This document shows positions 17,328 through 25,396 of a stretch of 42,077 bases of DNA, piece after piece. The stretch is from an uncultured Veillonellaceae bacterium (GTDB taxonomy: Bacteria; Bacillota; Negativicutes; UBA1444), in NCBI GenBank assembly GCA_964602025.1, contig CAZRQI010000001.1:1-42077 (forward strand), in the 5' to 3' direction. The first letter of the stretch is position 1. Every line of letters begins with the position of its first letter. The position numbers and the translations under genes are program-made. Under the pieces are notes generated by a model that saw nothing but the letters and a program-made list of their open reading frames with translations, was not told the DNA's origin and did not search any database.

Positions 17328-18512
17328 TCAATCAAGGCGGATTCTTCCGTAGATCCCACCACCGCCACTCTGAACGGTTGCACTGCCGGAGCGCACGGCG
17401 GAAAACGCCCGGGCCACCCGCGTTCCGGCTACCCGTTGTATTTCCGTCAAGGGAACTTGGTGAATCAACTGCATTTCCGTTCCCAATTCTGTCACCAGCT
17501 TTTCCAGCGTTTTCCCACCCAAACCGGGCAGCATCGGCAGCGGGACATGGTAATGGTAGGCCGGTCGGGTTGACGGATGGTTGCCTGACGGCAAATCGGC
17601 GAGTTCCCCGATCCGCTCGAAAACGCCTTTTACCAGTTTGGCGCCGCCGCAGTCTGGACAAATTCCCGCTGTATCGCTGCCGTCAAAGACCAGACCGCAG
17701 TGATCGCAGCAATTATGGTGGTATTTCCCCAGTCGGGGATCCATTCCGTAATTTTCGGTGATACAGCGGTCCTGCCGCCGCCGGAAGGCCAGAGCGCATT
17801 CTGCAAACGAGGGGGATTCCTGCATCACTCGGTTGTATTCCCGGCCGATCTTGTCTGGGGAATGCGCATCCGAATTCGTCAGATACTCGAAATCCCACAA
17901 TTCGCTGATGCGGTCGGCCATCATCGTATCCGCCGACAACCCCAGTTCAACGGCGGCGATGCGGGATCGCAGCGCAGTCGGCAGCACTGCGGCCAAAGAA
18001 TCGGCACAGGAACCGAACAGACTTTTGTGCGGGGTAAACGCATGCGCCGGCACAAACAGCGCTTCATGCGCCGCGGCAATCTCCACCAGGCGGCGAAACG
18101 GCAAATGGGCGTTTTGCGAACTCAGGCCGATATTCCGGATGTGTCCCGACATTTCCCGGGAAAAATCCCGCATGGAGTCCAAATCCGGCAGGTAGGAAAG
18201 CGAATGGCACATGCCGCCGCCTTCTTCGCAAGTCTCTATCTCGGCGCCAAGAATCAAGGAAACTCCGTTGTGATACAAATAACCGCCGCCGCTTTGCAGC
18301 ACCAGACCGCCTTCATCCATCAGGCGCTGAATATCTTCTTGAACCCAGGGCGACAACGCATCCACGATTCCGACAATTTCGATCCCCTTGCGCCGCAACG
18401 CGGTCTCCAGAATCGTTCGGACGGTCAGGCGGCGAGATGTGGGGATCTTGACCCAATGCCCGGATTCACTGATTCCGACATGGATGTGAAAATCGGCGAA
18501 ATACTGATTCAT
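17328..18512 (-). CDS. PHP-domain protein of the endonuclease Q / YqxK (TIGR00375-like) family
   Basis: N-terminal PHP motif FADFHIHVG and an internal Cys4 ribbon (CCDHCG...CPDCGG). C-terminal helix-hairpin-helix-like LPGLGGKTLEKLVTELG. Adjacency to nudF matches B. subtilis yqxK-nudF. Its start overlaps the nudF stop (ATGA). Confidence 0.6.
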   Translation of the reverse strand: MNQYFADFHIHVGISESGHWVKIPTSRRLTVRTILETALRRKGIEIVGIVDALSPWVQEDIQRLMDEGGLVLQSGGGYLYHNGVSLILGAEIETCEEGGGMCHSLSYLPDLDSMRDFSREMSGHIRNIGLSSQNAHLPFRRLVEIAAAHEALFVPAHAFTPHKSLFGSCADSLAAVLPTALRSRIAAVELGLSADTMMADRISELWDFEYLTNSDAHSPDKIGREYNRVMQESPSFAECALAFRRRQDRCITENYGMDPRLGKYHHNCCDHCGLVFDGSDTAGICPDCGGAKLVKGVFERIGELADLPSGNHPSTRPAYHYHVPLPMLPGLGGKTLEKLVTELGTEMQLIHQVPLTEIQRVAGTRVARAFSAVRSGSATVQSGGGGIYGRIRLD

Positions 18513-19045
18513 TTTTCGGCCTGAAGCAGATACAGCCCGGCAATTGTTTTGGCGTCGCAGATCATTCCTTCGCTGACCATGCTCCGGATATCTCCCGGCG
18601 CATAAGCGCCGACTTCCAAAAATTCATCGTCATCCGGGTTGGCCGATGTTTTGTACAAATCACGCGCCAGATACAAATGAATCACTTCGTCGGTAAAGCC
18701 CGGACCAGTAAAAATCGATGCGCGCCGTTCCAAAACCTTGGCCCGGTAGCCGGTTTCCTCTTCCAGTTCGCGGGCAGCGCAGTCATCCGGATTTTCGCCG
18801 GCATCCAGCTTACCGGCCGGAATTTCCAGCAGCACCCGGCCGATTGGATGTCGAAACTGCCGAACCATCAAGATTCTGCCATCCGCCAGCACCGGCACGA
18901 TGGCGACAGCCCCCGGATGTTCCACGACCTCCCGGGAAGCTTCCTTGCCGTTGGGCAAACACACGATATCCCGGCGCAAGTTCACGACTTTACCGGAATA
19001 AATTTTTTCGGTGGAAACAAACGTTTCGATCAAATGCTCGTCCAT
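18509..19045 (-). CDS. nudF: ADP-ribose pyrophosphatase (Nudix hydrolase)
   Basis: 178 aa. Nudix box GKLDAGENPDDCAARELEEETGY and the N-terminal pattern of the NudF/ADPRase type. Confidence 0.8.
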   Translation of the reverse strand: MDEHLIETFVSTEKIYSGKVVNLRRDIVCLPNGKEASREVVEHPGAVAIVPVLADGRILMVRQFRHPIGRVLLEIPAGKLDAGENPDDCAARELEEETGYRAKVLERRASIFTGPGFTDEVIHLYLARDLYKTSANPDDDEFLEVGAYAPGDIRSMVSEGMICDAKTIAGLYLLQAEK

Positions 19046-19086
19046 GCAACCGTCTCCTTAAAGCCAAACTTGTTTCTCCGCAGCAA

Positions 19087-19108
19087 AATGGCCCCTGTCA
19101 GGGCCATT
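19087..19108 (-). terminator. weak putative intrinsic terminator after the P-loop NTPase gene
   Basis: Minus strand reads AATGGCCC-tgacag-GGGCCATT followed by TTGCTG. The stem is GC-rich and 8 bp long, but the U-tract is poor. Confidence 0.3.
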
Positions 19109-19129
19109 GCCGGATCTGTTCCGCATTCG

Positions 19130-19828
19130 TTATTCATCCCACGGATAGGTAGTCCGGGGATACAGCGGCAATACCGGCGCGGTATCCCGAACTTGCCCGG
19201 CCAACCAGGACGGCGCCACCAGCCAGCGCAGCGGCAAACCCGTCAATTCCGAGACCTGGCGAACCATCTGCGCCCCGGACTCGACATGCTGCATCGTCGT
19301 CGCAGCGCCCAGATTCGTATTGCTCACCAGCCCTGTTATGGCAAGGCCGGAAGCCATCTCCACATTCCGCATAGCATCGACAATTTCGGTGACATTTCGC
19401 GAAAACGGCCGGCAAACATTGACCACCATCAAAACTTCGCAACCATTTTCCCGGATTTGTTCCCGAACCTGCCCCAGAACAATCGCCGCTTTCGCTCCGC
19501 CGACATCAATCACCACCCGATATTCCGGACTGCACAGAACCCGTGTCAATCCCTGCGGCATAATCGGCAGATCCGCATGGGCCAGGCCCGCCTGCTGCAT
19601 CACCACGGTCACGCCATCCGCTTCCAACCGTTGCCGGTGCTCCCGGGTCCGAAAATAGGGTTTAGCCAGATCCATATCGACAATCGCCGTCGTCAGGCCC
19701 GACTTTTGCAGATAAGTCGCCAAATTTACCGCCAGTTCCGTTTTGCCGCTGCCAAATTCGCCTACCAGAACCTTGATCCGGGGCCTTGTTTCTTCCTCCT
19801 GACGGAATACGTCAAAATCAAATTCCAT
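19130..19828 (-). CDS. P-loop NTPase of unknown function (SIMIBI-class-like, conventional Walker A)
   Basis: 232 aa. Walker A VLVGEFGSGKTE, then IVDMDLAKP and VVIDVGG (Walker B-like hhhhDxGG). No deviant KGG Walker A, so it is not MinD/ParA proper, and no NKxD motif. Lies 11 nt downstream of buk. Confidence 0.55.
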   Translation of the reverse strand: MEFDFDVFRQEEETRPRIKVLVGEFGSGKTELAVNLATYLQKSGLTTAIVDMDLAKPYFRTREHRQRLEADGVTVVMQQAGLAHADLPIMPQGLTRVLCSPEYRVVIDVGGAKAAIVLGQVREQIRENGCEVLMVVNVCRPFSRNVTEIVDAMRNVEMASGLAITGLVSNTNLGAATTMQHVESGAQMVRQVSELTGLPLRWLVAPSWLAGQVRDTAPVLPLYPRTTYPWDE

Positions 19829-19839
19829 TATGCAAGCCT

Positions 19840-20913
19840 CTATTCATAAACTTTCGCCTTTTCTTCCCCATGCAGCACCCGCAATGCTCCCTGGGCCAGA
19901 GCCAGCAACTCGTCTTCGCCCGGATACACCAGAACTTGTCCCAAAAACCCGACCCGTTCCCGGATCATTTCCACAAGCCGGCGAGAATACGCCAATCCCC
20001 CGGTTAGAACAATCGCGTCAAAACGGCCATTGACCACCACGGTCATCGCCGCCAGCTCCTTGGCGATCTGATACGCCATGGCCTGATAGACCAATGCCGC
20101 CTGCTCGTCGCCCGCATCGATCCGGCGTTCCACCTCACGGGCGTCGCCGGTTCCCAGATGGGCGATCAAACCGCCCTTACCGACCATCTTTCGCATCAGT
20201 TCCTGGTAGGTATAGCGGCCCGAGTAACAAAGTTCAACCAGGGGGCTGAGCGGCAAATAGCCGGCCCGCTCCGGCGACAAGGCTCCCCCGTCCATCGGGT
20301 TGATGACATCGATCATTCGTCCGTTCTGCTGCACGGTGAAGGAAATTCCCCCGCCCAAATGCCCCATGACCAACGTCACTTCTTCGACCGGCTTGCCCAG
20401 TTCATGGGCGGCGCGACGGGCAGTGGCCTTCAGGTTCAGCGCGTGAAAAATGCTGCGTCGGGGCATTTCCGGCCAGCCGCTGATCCGGGCGATTGGTTCC
20501 ATTTCATCCACGCAGACCGGATCGACGATAAACGACGGCAATCCATGGGGTTGAGCAAGCCCCAGCGCAATCAGTCCGCCCAGGTTGGAAGCATGATGAA
20601 CCTGTACCCGGTGGTGAAGATCATCCACCATGGCTTCATTCACGGCATACGTTCCGCCTGAAATCGGGTTCAACGCCCCGCCCCTGCCGACAACCGCCTG
20701 CAGGTCGGCAACGGAGAAATTGTGTTTCGTCAAGGCCTGCTCCACCATTTCCCGCCGAAAGTCATACTGGGCGTAGATATCGGCAAAACCCGCCAGTTCC
20801 TCGGCGCTGTGACGGATCGTTTCTTCGAACAGGCTGGTTTCCTCTTCATAGACTGCTATTTTCGTGGAAGTTGATCCTGGATTGATCGCCAGAACGCGAT
20901 ATTTCTTTTTCAT
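19840..20913 (-). CDS. buk: butyrate kinase
   Basis: N-terminus MKKKYRVLAINPGSTSTKIAVYEE has the ASKHA phosphate-1 motif typical of Buk, and HLGGGISF is also present. ATG at 20913 is preferred (SD AGAGG) over the track start at 20931. Confidence 0.85.
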   Translation of the reverse strand: MKKKYRVLAINPGSTSTKIAVYEEETSLFEETIRHSAEELAGFADIYAQYDFRREMVEQALTKHNFSVADLQAVVGRGGALNPISGGTYAVNEAMVDDLHHRVQVHHASNLGGLIALGLAQPHGLPSFIVDPVCVDEMEPIARISGWPEMPRRSIFHALNLKATARRAAHELGKPVEEVTLVMGHLGGGISFTVQQNGRMIDVINPMDGGALSPERAGYLPLSPLVELCYSGRYTYQELMRKMVGKGGLIAHLGTGDAREVERRIDAGDEQAALVYQAMAYQIAKELAAMTVVVNGRFDAIVLTGGLAYSRRLVEMIRERVGFLGQVLVYPGEDELLALAQGALRVLHGEEKAKVYE

Positions 20914-20981
20914 GTTCCTGCCTCTTTTCATTGTGTTCTATCCCTGCGAAAAAAATTCAAGAACAGGTCAGTTGACAAGTC

Positions 20982-22688
20982 TTATGGCGTTGACAGGGCA
21001 ATTTTCATGTCCGCCGCCATTCGGACCATCTCGGCGGCATTATCCAGACCGGCCCTGGAAATTGGTTCGCCGCCGATCATTCGGGCCAATTCCGCCAACC
21101 GTTCTTCGGCGGACAGTTTTTGCACGAAGGTCTGCGTCCGGTCTTCCAGCAGCTTTTTTTCGATGTGGATATGGCAGTCCGCCATGGAAGCGATCTGCGG
21201 CAAATGTGTAATGCAAAGCACCTGTTTTCGGGCTGCCACCTGGGCGATTTTTTCCGCAACCTTGCGCGCCGTTTGCCCGCCCACCCCGGAATCGATTTCG
21301 TCGAACACCATGACTTGGGCTCCCGCATTCCGGGAACAGACCGTTTTAATCGCCAAGGCAACCCGGGACAGTTCCCCGCCGGAAGCGACTTTGGACAATA
21401 GCCGCAAGTCTTCGCCCGGATTGGCGGAAAACTCGAATCGGACCTGGTCCCGCCCATGCAAAGTGTACTCGTGTCCTGAAGTCACCTGGATCTTGAACCG
21501 GCCGCCCGGCATCCCCAAGTCGCCGAGCTGGGTTTCAATCGCCCGGCTCATTTCAGCGGCGGCCTGCACCCGCCGCTTGCCCAAATCCTCTGCAGCCTGC
21601 GCCAGCTCATTCTCCTGTTGCTGCAACTGTTGCTGCAATTCCGCCAGCAATTCGTCATGCCGCTCCAGACTTTCCAGCTCCGTGCGCGATTGCTCGGCGT
21701 ACGCCAGAACGTCCGCCACCGAAGCGCCATATTTTTGCCGTAGCCGATAAATCAAATCCATCCGTTCCTGCAGTTTGGCCAACCGGGCCGGGTCCGGCTC
21801 GATCCGGTCCAGATAATCCCGCAGCCCTGGCTTCATATCCTCAAGCAGGACCAGAACTTCCGCAAACTGCTGCGCATAGCCGGACAGCTCTTCATCAAAG
21901 CGGACGGCGCTTTCCAAATTCCGTCGGCACTCTTGCAGGATATCCGTCACGCTTTTCCCCTGGCGGCCGCCATCGGCGAGAGCGGTCCAGGCATTACCCA
22001 CTGCGACGCCGATTTTTTCCGCATTCGTCAACAGAGTAATTTGCCGGGTCAATTCAGGTTCTTCCTGTTCTTGCAACCGGGCCGCATCGATTTCATCCAG
22101 CTGCCATCGCAACATGTCGATCCGCTGGGCCCTTTGCCGCTCGTCCTTATCGGCAACCGCAATTTTCTCGCGGGTCTGCCGCCAGCGTTCATACCGTTTC
22201 TTGTACGCGGCAAGCAAGGCTTCCAACTGCGATTCGAAACCGTCCAATAAAGCCATGTATGACTCGGGGCGAAGCAACGCCTGATTTTCATGTTGGCCAT
22301 GCATATCCAGCAACAGGTCACCGACCATCCGCAACAACGACAACGGCGCATGGGTTCCATTCAGCAACAGCGTGTTTTTGCCCTGACGGGAGACCGTCCG
22401 GCTAATGAACAGGGCGCCGTCTTCTTCCGTCGGAATGGCCTGATCCGCCAATAACGACAACACCGACGGATGATTTTGCAGGCTAAACACCGCTTCCACC
22501 CGATACTGTTCGCAGCCGCTGCGGATCATATCCAGGGAGGACCGCCCCCCCAGCACCACGCTCAGCGCATCGATCACAATCGATTTGCCGGCGCCAGTTT
22601 CCCCCGTCAGCACGTTGAAGCCGCCGGAAAACTCGATTTCCGCCTGTTCGATCAATGCAAAATTAAAAACTTTGAGTACCTGCAGCAA
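20982..22688 (-). CDS. recN: DNA repair protein RecN
   Basis: 568 aa. Walker A GETGAGKSI, a long coiled-coil middle region, SMC signature GGELSRVALAIK and Walker B VMVFDEIDSGVGG. TTG start with SD GAGGCG. Confidence 0.92.
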   Translation of the reverse strand: MLQVLKVFNFALIEQAEIEFSGGFNVLTGETGAGKSIVIDALSVVLGGRSSLDMIRSGCEQYRVEAVFSLQNHPSVLSLLADQAIPTEEDGALFISRTVSRQGKNTLLLNGTHAPLSLLRMVGDLLLDMHGQHENQALLRPESYMALLDGFESQLEALLAAYKKRYERWRQTREKIAVADKDERQRAQRIDMLRWQLDEIDAARLQEQEEPELTRQITLLTNAEKIGVAVGNAWTALADGGRQGKSVTDILQECRRNLESAVRFDEELSGYAQQFAEVLVLLEDMKPGLRDYLDRIEPDPARLAKLQERMDLIYRLRQKYGASVADVLAYAEQSRTELESLERHDELLAELQQQLQQQENELAQAAEDLGKRRVQAAAEMSRAIETQLGDLGMPGGRFKIQVTSGHEYTLHGRDQVRFEFSANPGEDLRLLSKVASGGELSRVALAIKTVCSRNAGAQVMVFDEIDSGVGGQTARKVAEKIAQVAARKQVLCITHLPQIASMADCHIHIEKKLLEDRTQTFVQKLSAEERLAELARMIGGEPISRAGLDNAAEMVRMAADMKIALSTP

Positions 22689-22699
22689 ATGAATCGCCT

Positions 22700-23149
22700 C
22701 TACATAATGGATTCCATGCGTTCTTTCACGTGCTCGACCGCACTTTCCGGCTTCACGACAAGGATTATCGTATCATCGCCGGCCACCGTGCCAATGATTT
22801 CCGGCCAACGGACATTATCCAGGACGTAGGCCACGGCCTGGGCAGTACCGGGCAAGGTTCGCAACACGATGATATTGCCGCTGCTATCCATGGACAGAAC
22901 CGAATCCTGAAACGTTTTTTCAAGCCGGGCCACCGAGACCGTCACGTTGTGTTCCGCCGGAAAAGCGTACCGATAACTGCCGTCCCCCGTTGGGACCTTG
23001 ACCAGCATCAATTCTTTGATATCTCGCGAAACCGTGGCCTGCGTCACATCGATTCCCTCGTTGCGCAGAGCTTCGGCCAGCTCATCCTGGGTTCGGATCA
23101 CCAGTCGTTCCACGATTTCCTTTACTCTGGTCTGGCGATGTGTTTTCAT
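22700..23149 (-). CDS. argR: arginine repressor
   Basis: SD GGGAGGAA plus ATG at 23149. MKTHRQTRVKEIV...TQDELAEAL...VTQATVSRDIKEL is the winged HTH, with C-terminal GTVAGDDTIL. The 219-aa track ORF is an upstream extension. Confidence 0.9.
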   Translation of the reverse strand: MKTHRQTRVKEIVERLVIRTQDELAEALRNEGIDVTQATVSRDIKELMLVKVPTGDGSYRYAFPAEHNVTVSVARLEKTFQDSVLSMDSSGNIIVLRTLPGTAQAVAYVLDNVRWPEIIGTVAGDDTIILVVKPESAVEHVKERMESIM

Positions 23150-23720
23150 GCTGTTTCCTCCCTGTTTTACCAATAGAATAGAGGATTGCCGGATTATTTT
23201 TCTGATTGATGTAGCTGAGACGACTGATGGTAAAAATCGACTGGGGCCACCGGGGTAGATATTCTTCCAGAAACTCGGTTTCCAACCGGCCCGGCGAGTG
23301 TCCGGGGTAGGCCACAAGAGCGATCCGGCCGCCCGGAGCCAACAAATCGTGCAACGCATCCAGCGCCGGCGCCAACGATTCCAGACGGGTGGTCACCGCA
23401 TGATCGTGCCCGGGCAAATAACCGAGGTTGAATATCGCGGCATCCACCGGTTCCCGGATAAACTCCCGCAACAGCGCGTGATCCGCCTGAATCAGCCGCA
23501 CTTTGTCAACATAGCCGTGCTGCGCGAGCAGTTTGCCACAGGAAGCGGCAGCCGCCGCCTGAATGTCAAACGCCCAAACCCGGCATTCCGGTTTTGTCTG
23601 CTTGCACAGGTACAAGGAATCATGCCCGTTTCCGGCCGTCGCATCGACTACGCACGCCGCATCGGCCAACACGGGCGCCAAAAAAAGCCGGGAAGCTTCC
23701 ACCGCATTACGCGGGATCAT
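23082..23720 (-). CDS. class I SAM-dependent RNA methyltransferase, YtqB/MnmM-like
   Basis: VVDATAGNGHDSLYL (SAM motif I), FNLGYLPGHDH and YINQKNNP match the B. subtilis YtqB pattern. The start is uncertain (ATG 23720 versus 23759). The 3' end extends about 25 codons past the homologue end and overlaps argR by 68 nt. Confidence 0.65.
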   Translation of the reverse strand: MIPRNAVEASRLFLAPVLADAACVVDATAGNGHDSLYLCKQTKPECRVWAFDIQAAAAASCGKLLAQHGYVDKVRLIQADHALLREFIREPVDAAIFNLGYLPGHDHAVTTRLESLAPALDALHDLLAPGGRIALVAYPGHSPGRLETEFLEEYLPRWPQSIFTISRLSYINQKNNPAILYSIGKTGRKQHENTSPDQSKGNRGTTGDPNPG

Positions 23721-24576
23721 CGGGATCACTGCGGCGAAGTTTCGTTCGCAGCCCTTCATAAAAACTACTGCCCCTTAGTTTTAAAAACCGGGCCTGAAAC
23801 GGTGAACGCCGTACGAAAATCCGGTCGCCGGAACGCAGATTGTGCAGTGTCTGCCCGTCAACCGTCAGGACAATGTCTTCATGGGTGGCCAGCGTTTCAA
23901 TCCGGATTTCTTCCGTGTCCGACACCACCAGCGACCGAGTATTTAAACTGTGCGGACAAATCGGGGTAATGATGGTCACCGGCAGGTTGGGACTGACGAT
24001 GGGTCCGCCGGCGGACAGGGAATAGCCCGTAGAGCCGGTGGCGGTCGCGACAATCAATCCATCCGCCGGGTAATTGGCAGTCAGACAATCGCCGATATAC
24101 AGTTTTAACCGGATCATCCGGGAGAACCCGCCTTTGGCAATCACCACATCGTTCAGGGCGGATGAAGCTACGATCGCTCCCTCCGGTCGGTCCACCACCG
24201 CTTCCAGCATGGGACGCTCTTCAATCGAATATTCGCCGCGGACAAGCCGTTCCATGGATGGCGCCAACTCAGCCAGTTCTATTTCCGTCAAGAACCCCAG
24301 TTGTCCCATGTTGATTCCGCATACCGCCACCCCGAACGGAGCCACCTCCCGCGCCGTACACAGCAATGTCCCGTCGCCGCCCAGAGTCAGAGCCACGGTC
24401 AGTTCGGCGCCCAGTTCCTCCCGACTTCGACCCAGTTCCGAATGGTCCATGATCACGGCGGCTTCTGCCGGCATTCGAACCGTAACGTTCTGTTCCTGTA
24501 AAAAATGGATCAACCAGTCAAGGACGGTTGCCACTCCCTGTTTTTTTGTATTGGGAAACAAGCCAACGGTCAACAA
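23707..24576 (-). CDS. nadK: NAD kinase
   Basis: GGDGTLL, NMGQLGFLTE and ATATGSTGYSLSAGGPIV motifs. TTG start with SD GGAGGT. Confidence 0.9.
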   Translation of the reverse strand: MLTVGLFPNTKKQGVATVLDWLIHFLQEQNVTVRMPAEAAVIMDHSELGRSREELGAELTVALTLGGDGTLLCTAREVAPFGVAVCGINMGQLGFLTEIELAELAPSMERLVRGEYSIEERPMLEAVVDRPEGAIVASSALNDVVIAKGGFSRMIRLKLYIGDCLTANYPADGLIVATATGSTGYSLSAGGPIVSPNLPVTIITPICPHSLNTRSLVVSDTEEIRIETLATHEDIVLTVDGQTLHNLRSGDRIFVRRSPFQARFLKLRGSSFYEGLRTKLRRSDPDDPA

Positions 24577-24580
24577 AATG

Positions 24581-25396
24581 CTACCTCCGAACAGGTTGAA
24601 GACTTTGATGGGCTTTCGCCACGGTTTGGGCGATCCGTTCTGAGAAATCGTCTGCCGTTTCGGCCGTCAACGCCAAATGCAGCAAGTATTCGATATTCCC
24701 TTCCGGCCCGGTAATCGGCGAAAAATCAAGATTTATCGGAATCAGGCCATGGTCCCGGGCACAATCGGCCACCCGCACGATAACCTCGATATGGACCGCA
24801 GGATCTTTCACCACGCCTTTTTTGCCGACCTGTTCCCGGCCGGCTTCAAACTGCGGTTTCACCAACAGCACCAGTTCTCCGCCTGTTTTGAGCAGCGGCG
24901 GCAGAACCGGAAGGATCTTGGTCAGAGAAATAAAAGAAAGATCGGCGCTGATAAAATCGACCGGCTCGCCGACCAATCCGGCATTCAGATAGCGGGCGTT
25001 GGTCCGCTCCAGCACCGTTACCCGGGAATCATTGCGCAGCGACCAGGCCAATTGCCCGTACCCCACGTCAACGGCGACAACGTGACAGGCGCCCCGTTGC
25101 AGAGCGCAGTCGGTGAAACCGCCGGTAGAGGCTCCCAAATCCAGCACCCGTTTTCCGGCAAGATCGATCTGAAAGACTTCCAGCGCCTTAATCAGTTTCA
25201 GTCCGCCCCGGCTGACATACGGATTGGCATGGCCGGTAAACGCCAATTCAGCGGTTTCCGCCACCATGGCACCGGCCTTGTCGACCCGTTGCCCGTTCAC
25301 TGTAATCTGGCCGGCCAGAATATAGGCTTTCGCCTGATCCCGGCCTGTCGCCAGGCCTTTTTGAACGACCAGCGCGTCAAGCCGATGGCATGACAT
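24581..25396 (-). CDS. tlyA: TlyA-family rRNA (cytidine-2'-O)-methyltransferase
   Basis: S4-like N-terminus RLDALVVQKGLATGRDQAKAYILAG and FtsJ-type SAM motif VLDLGASTGGFTD. Sits in the conserved position after dxs. Confidence 0.85.
   Translation of the reverse strand: MSCHRLDALVVQKGLATGRDQAKAYILAGQITVNGQRVDKAGAMVAETAELAFTGHANPYVSRGGLKLIKALEVFQIDLAGKRVLDLGASTGGFTDCALQRGACHVVAVDVGYGQLAWSLRNDSRVTVLERTNARYLNAGLVGEPVDFISADLSFISLTKILPVLPPLLKTGGELVLLVKPQFEAGREQVGKKGVVKDPAVHIEVIVRVADCARDHGLIPINLDFSPITGPEGNIEYLLHLALTAETADDFSERIAQTVAKAHQSLQPVRR

Noticed and set aside
17328-18512. The PHP-domain protein as the CpsB-type tyrosine phosphatase partner of the BY-kinase homologue
   Set aside because: It is about 150 aa longer than CpsB-type PHP phosphatases and has a Cys4 ribbon and an HhH tail. 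It also lies 6 kb away in a housekeeping nudF-xerD context that matches B. subtilis yqxK. EndoQ-like is the better call.
18677-19849. 390-aa plus-strand ORF spanning nudF, the intergenic gap and the P-loop NTPase gene
   Set aside because: It is antisense to two well-supported genes. The composition is dominated by R/P/Q/H/G, as is typical of shadow ORFs in GC-rich DNA. It has no SD or recognisable motif and it crosses an intergenic terminator.
20914-20981. T7 run between recN and buk as a terminator, and nearby promoter-like hexamers
   Set aside because: No convincing GC-rich stem precedes the T run, and no -35/-10 pair has proper spacing.
22700-23359. 219-aa version of the argR ORF, and similar long N-terminal extensions of the ruvX, xerD, buk, Wza-like, Wzz and IS orfA track ORFs
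   Set aside because: Homologue N-termini and strong SD sequences point to internal starts. The extensions overlap upstream genes and have atypical composition.
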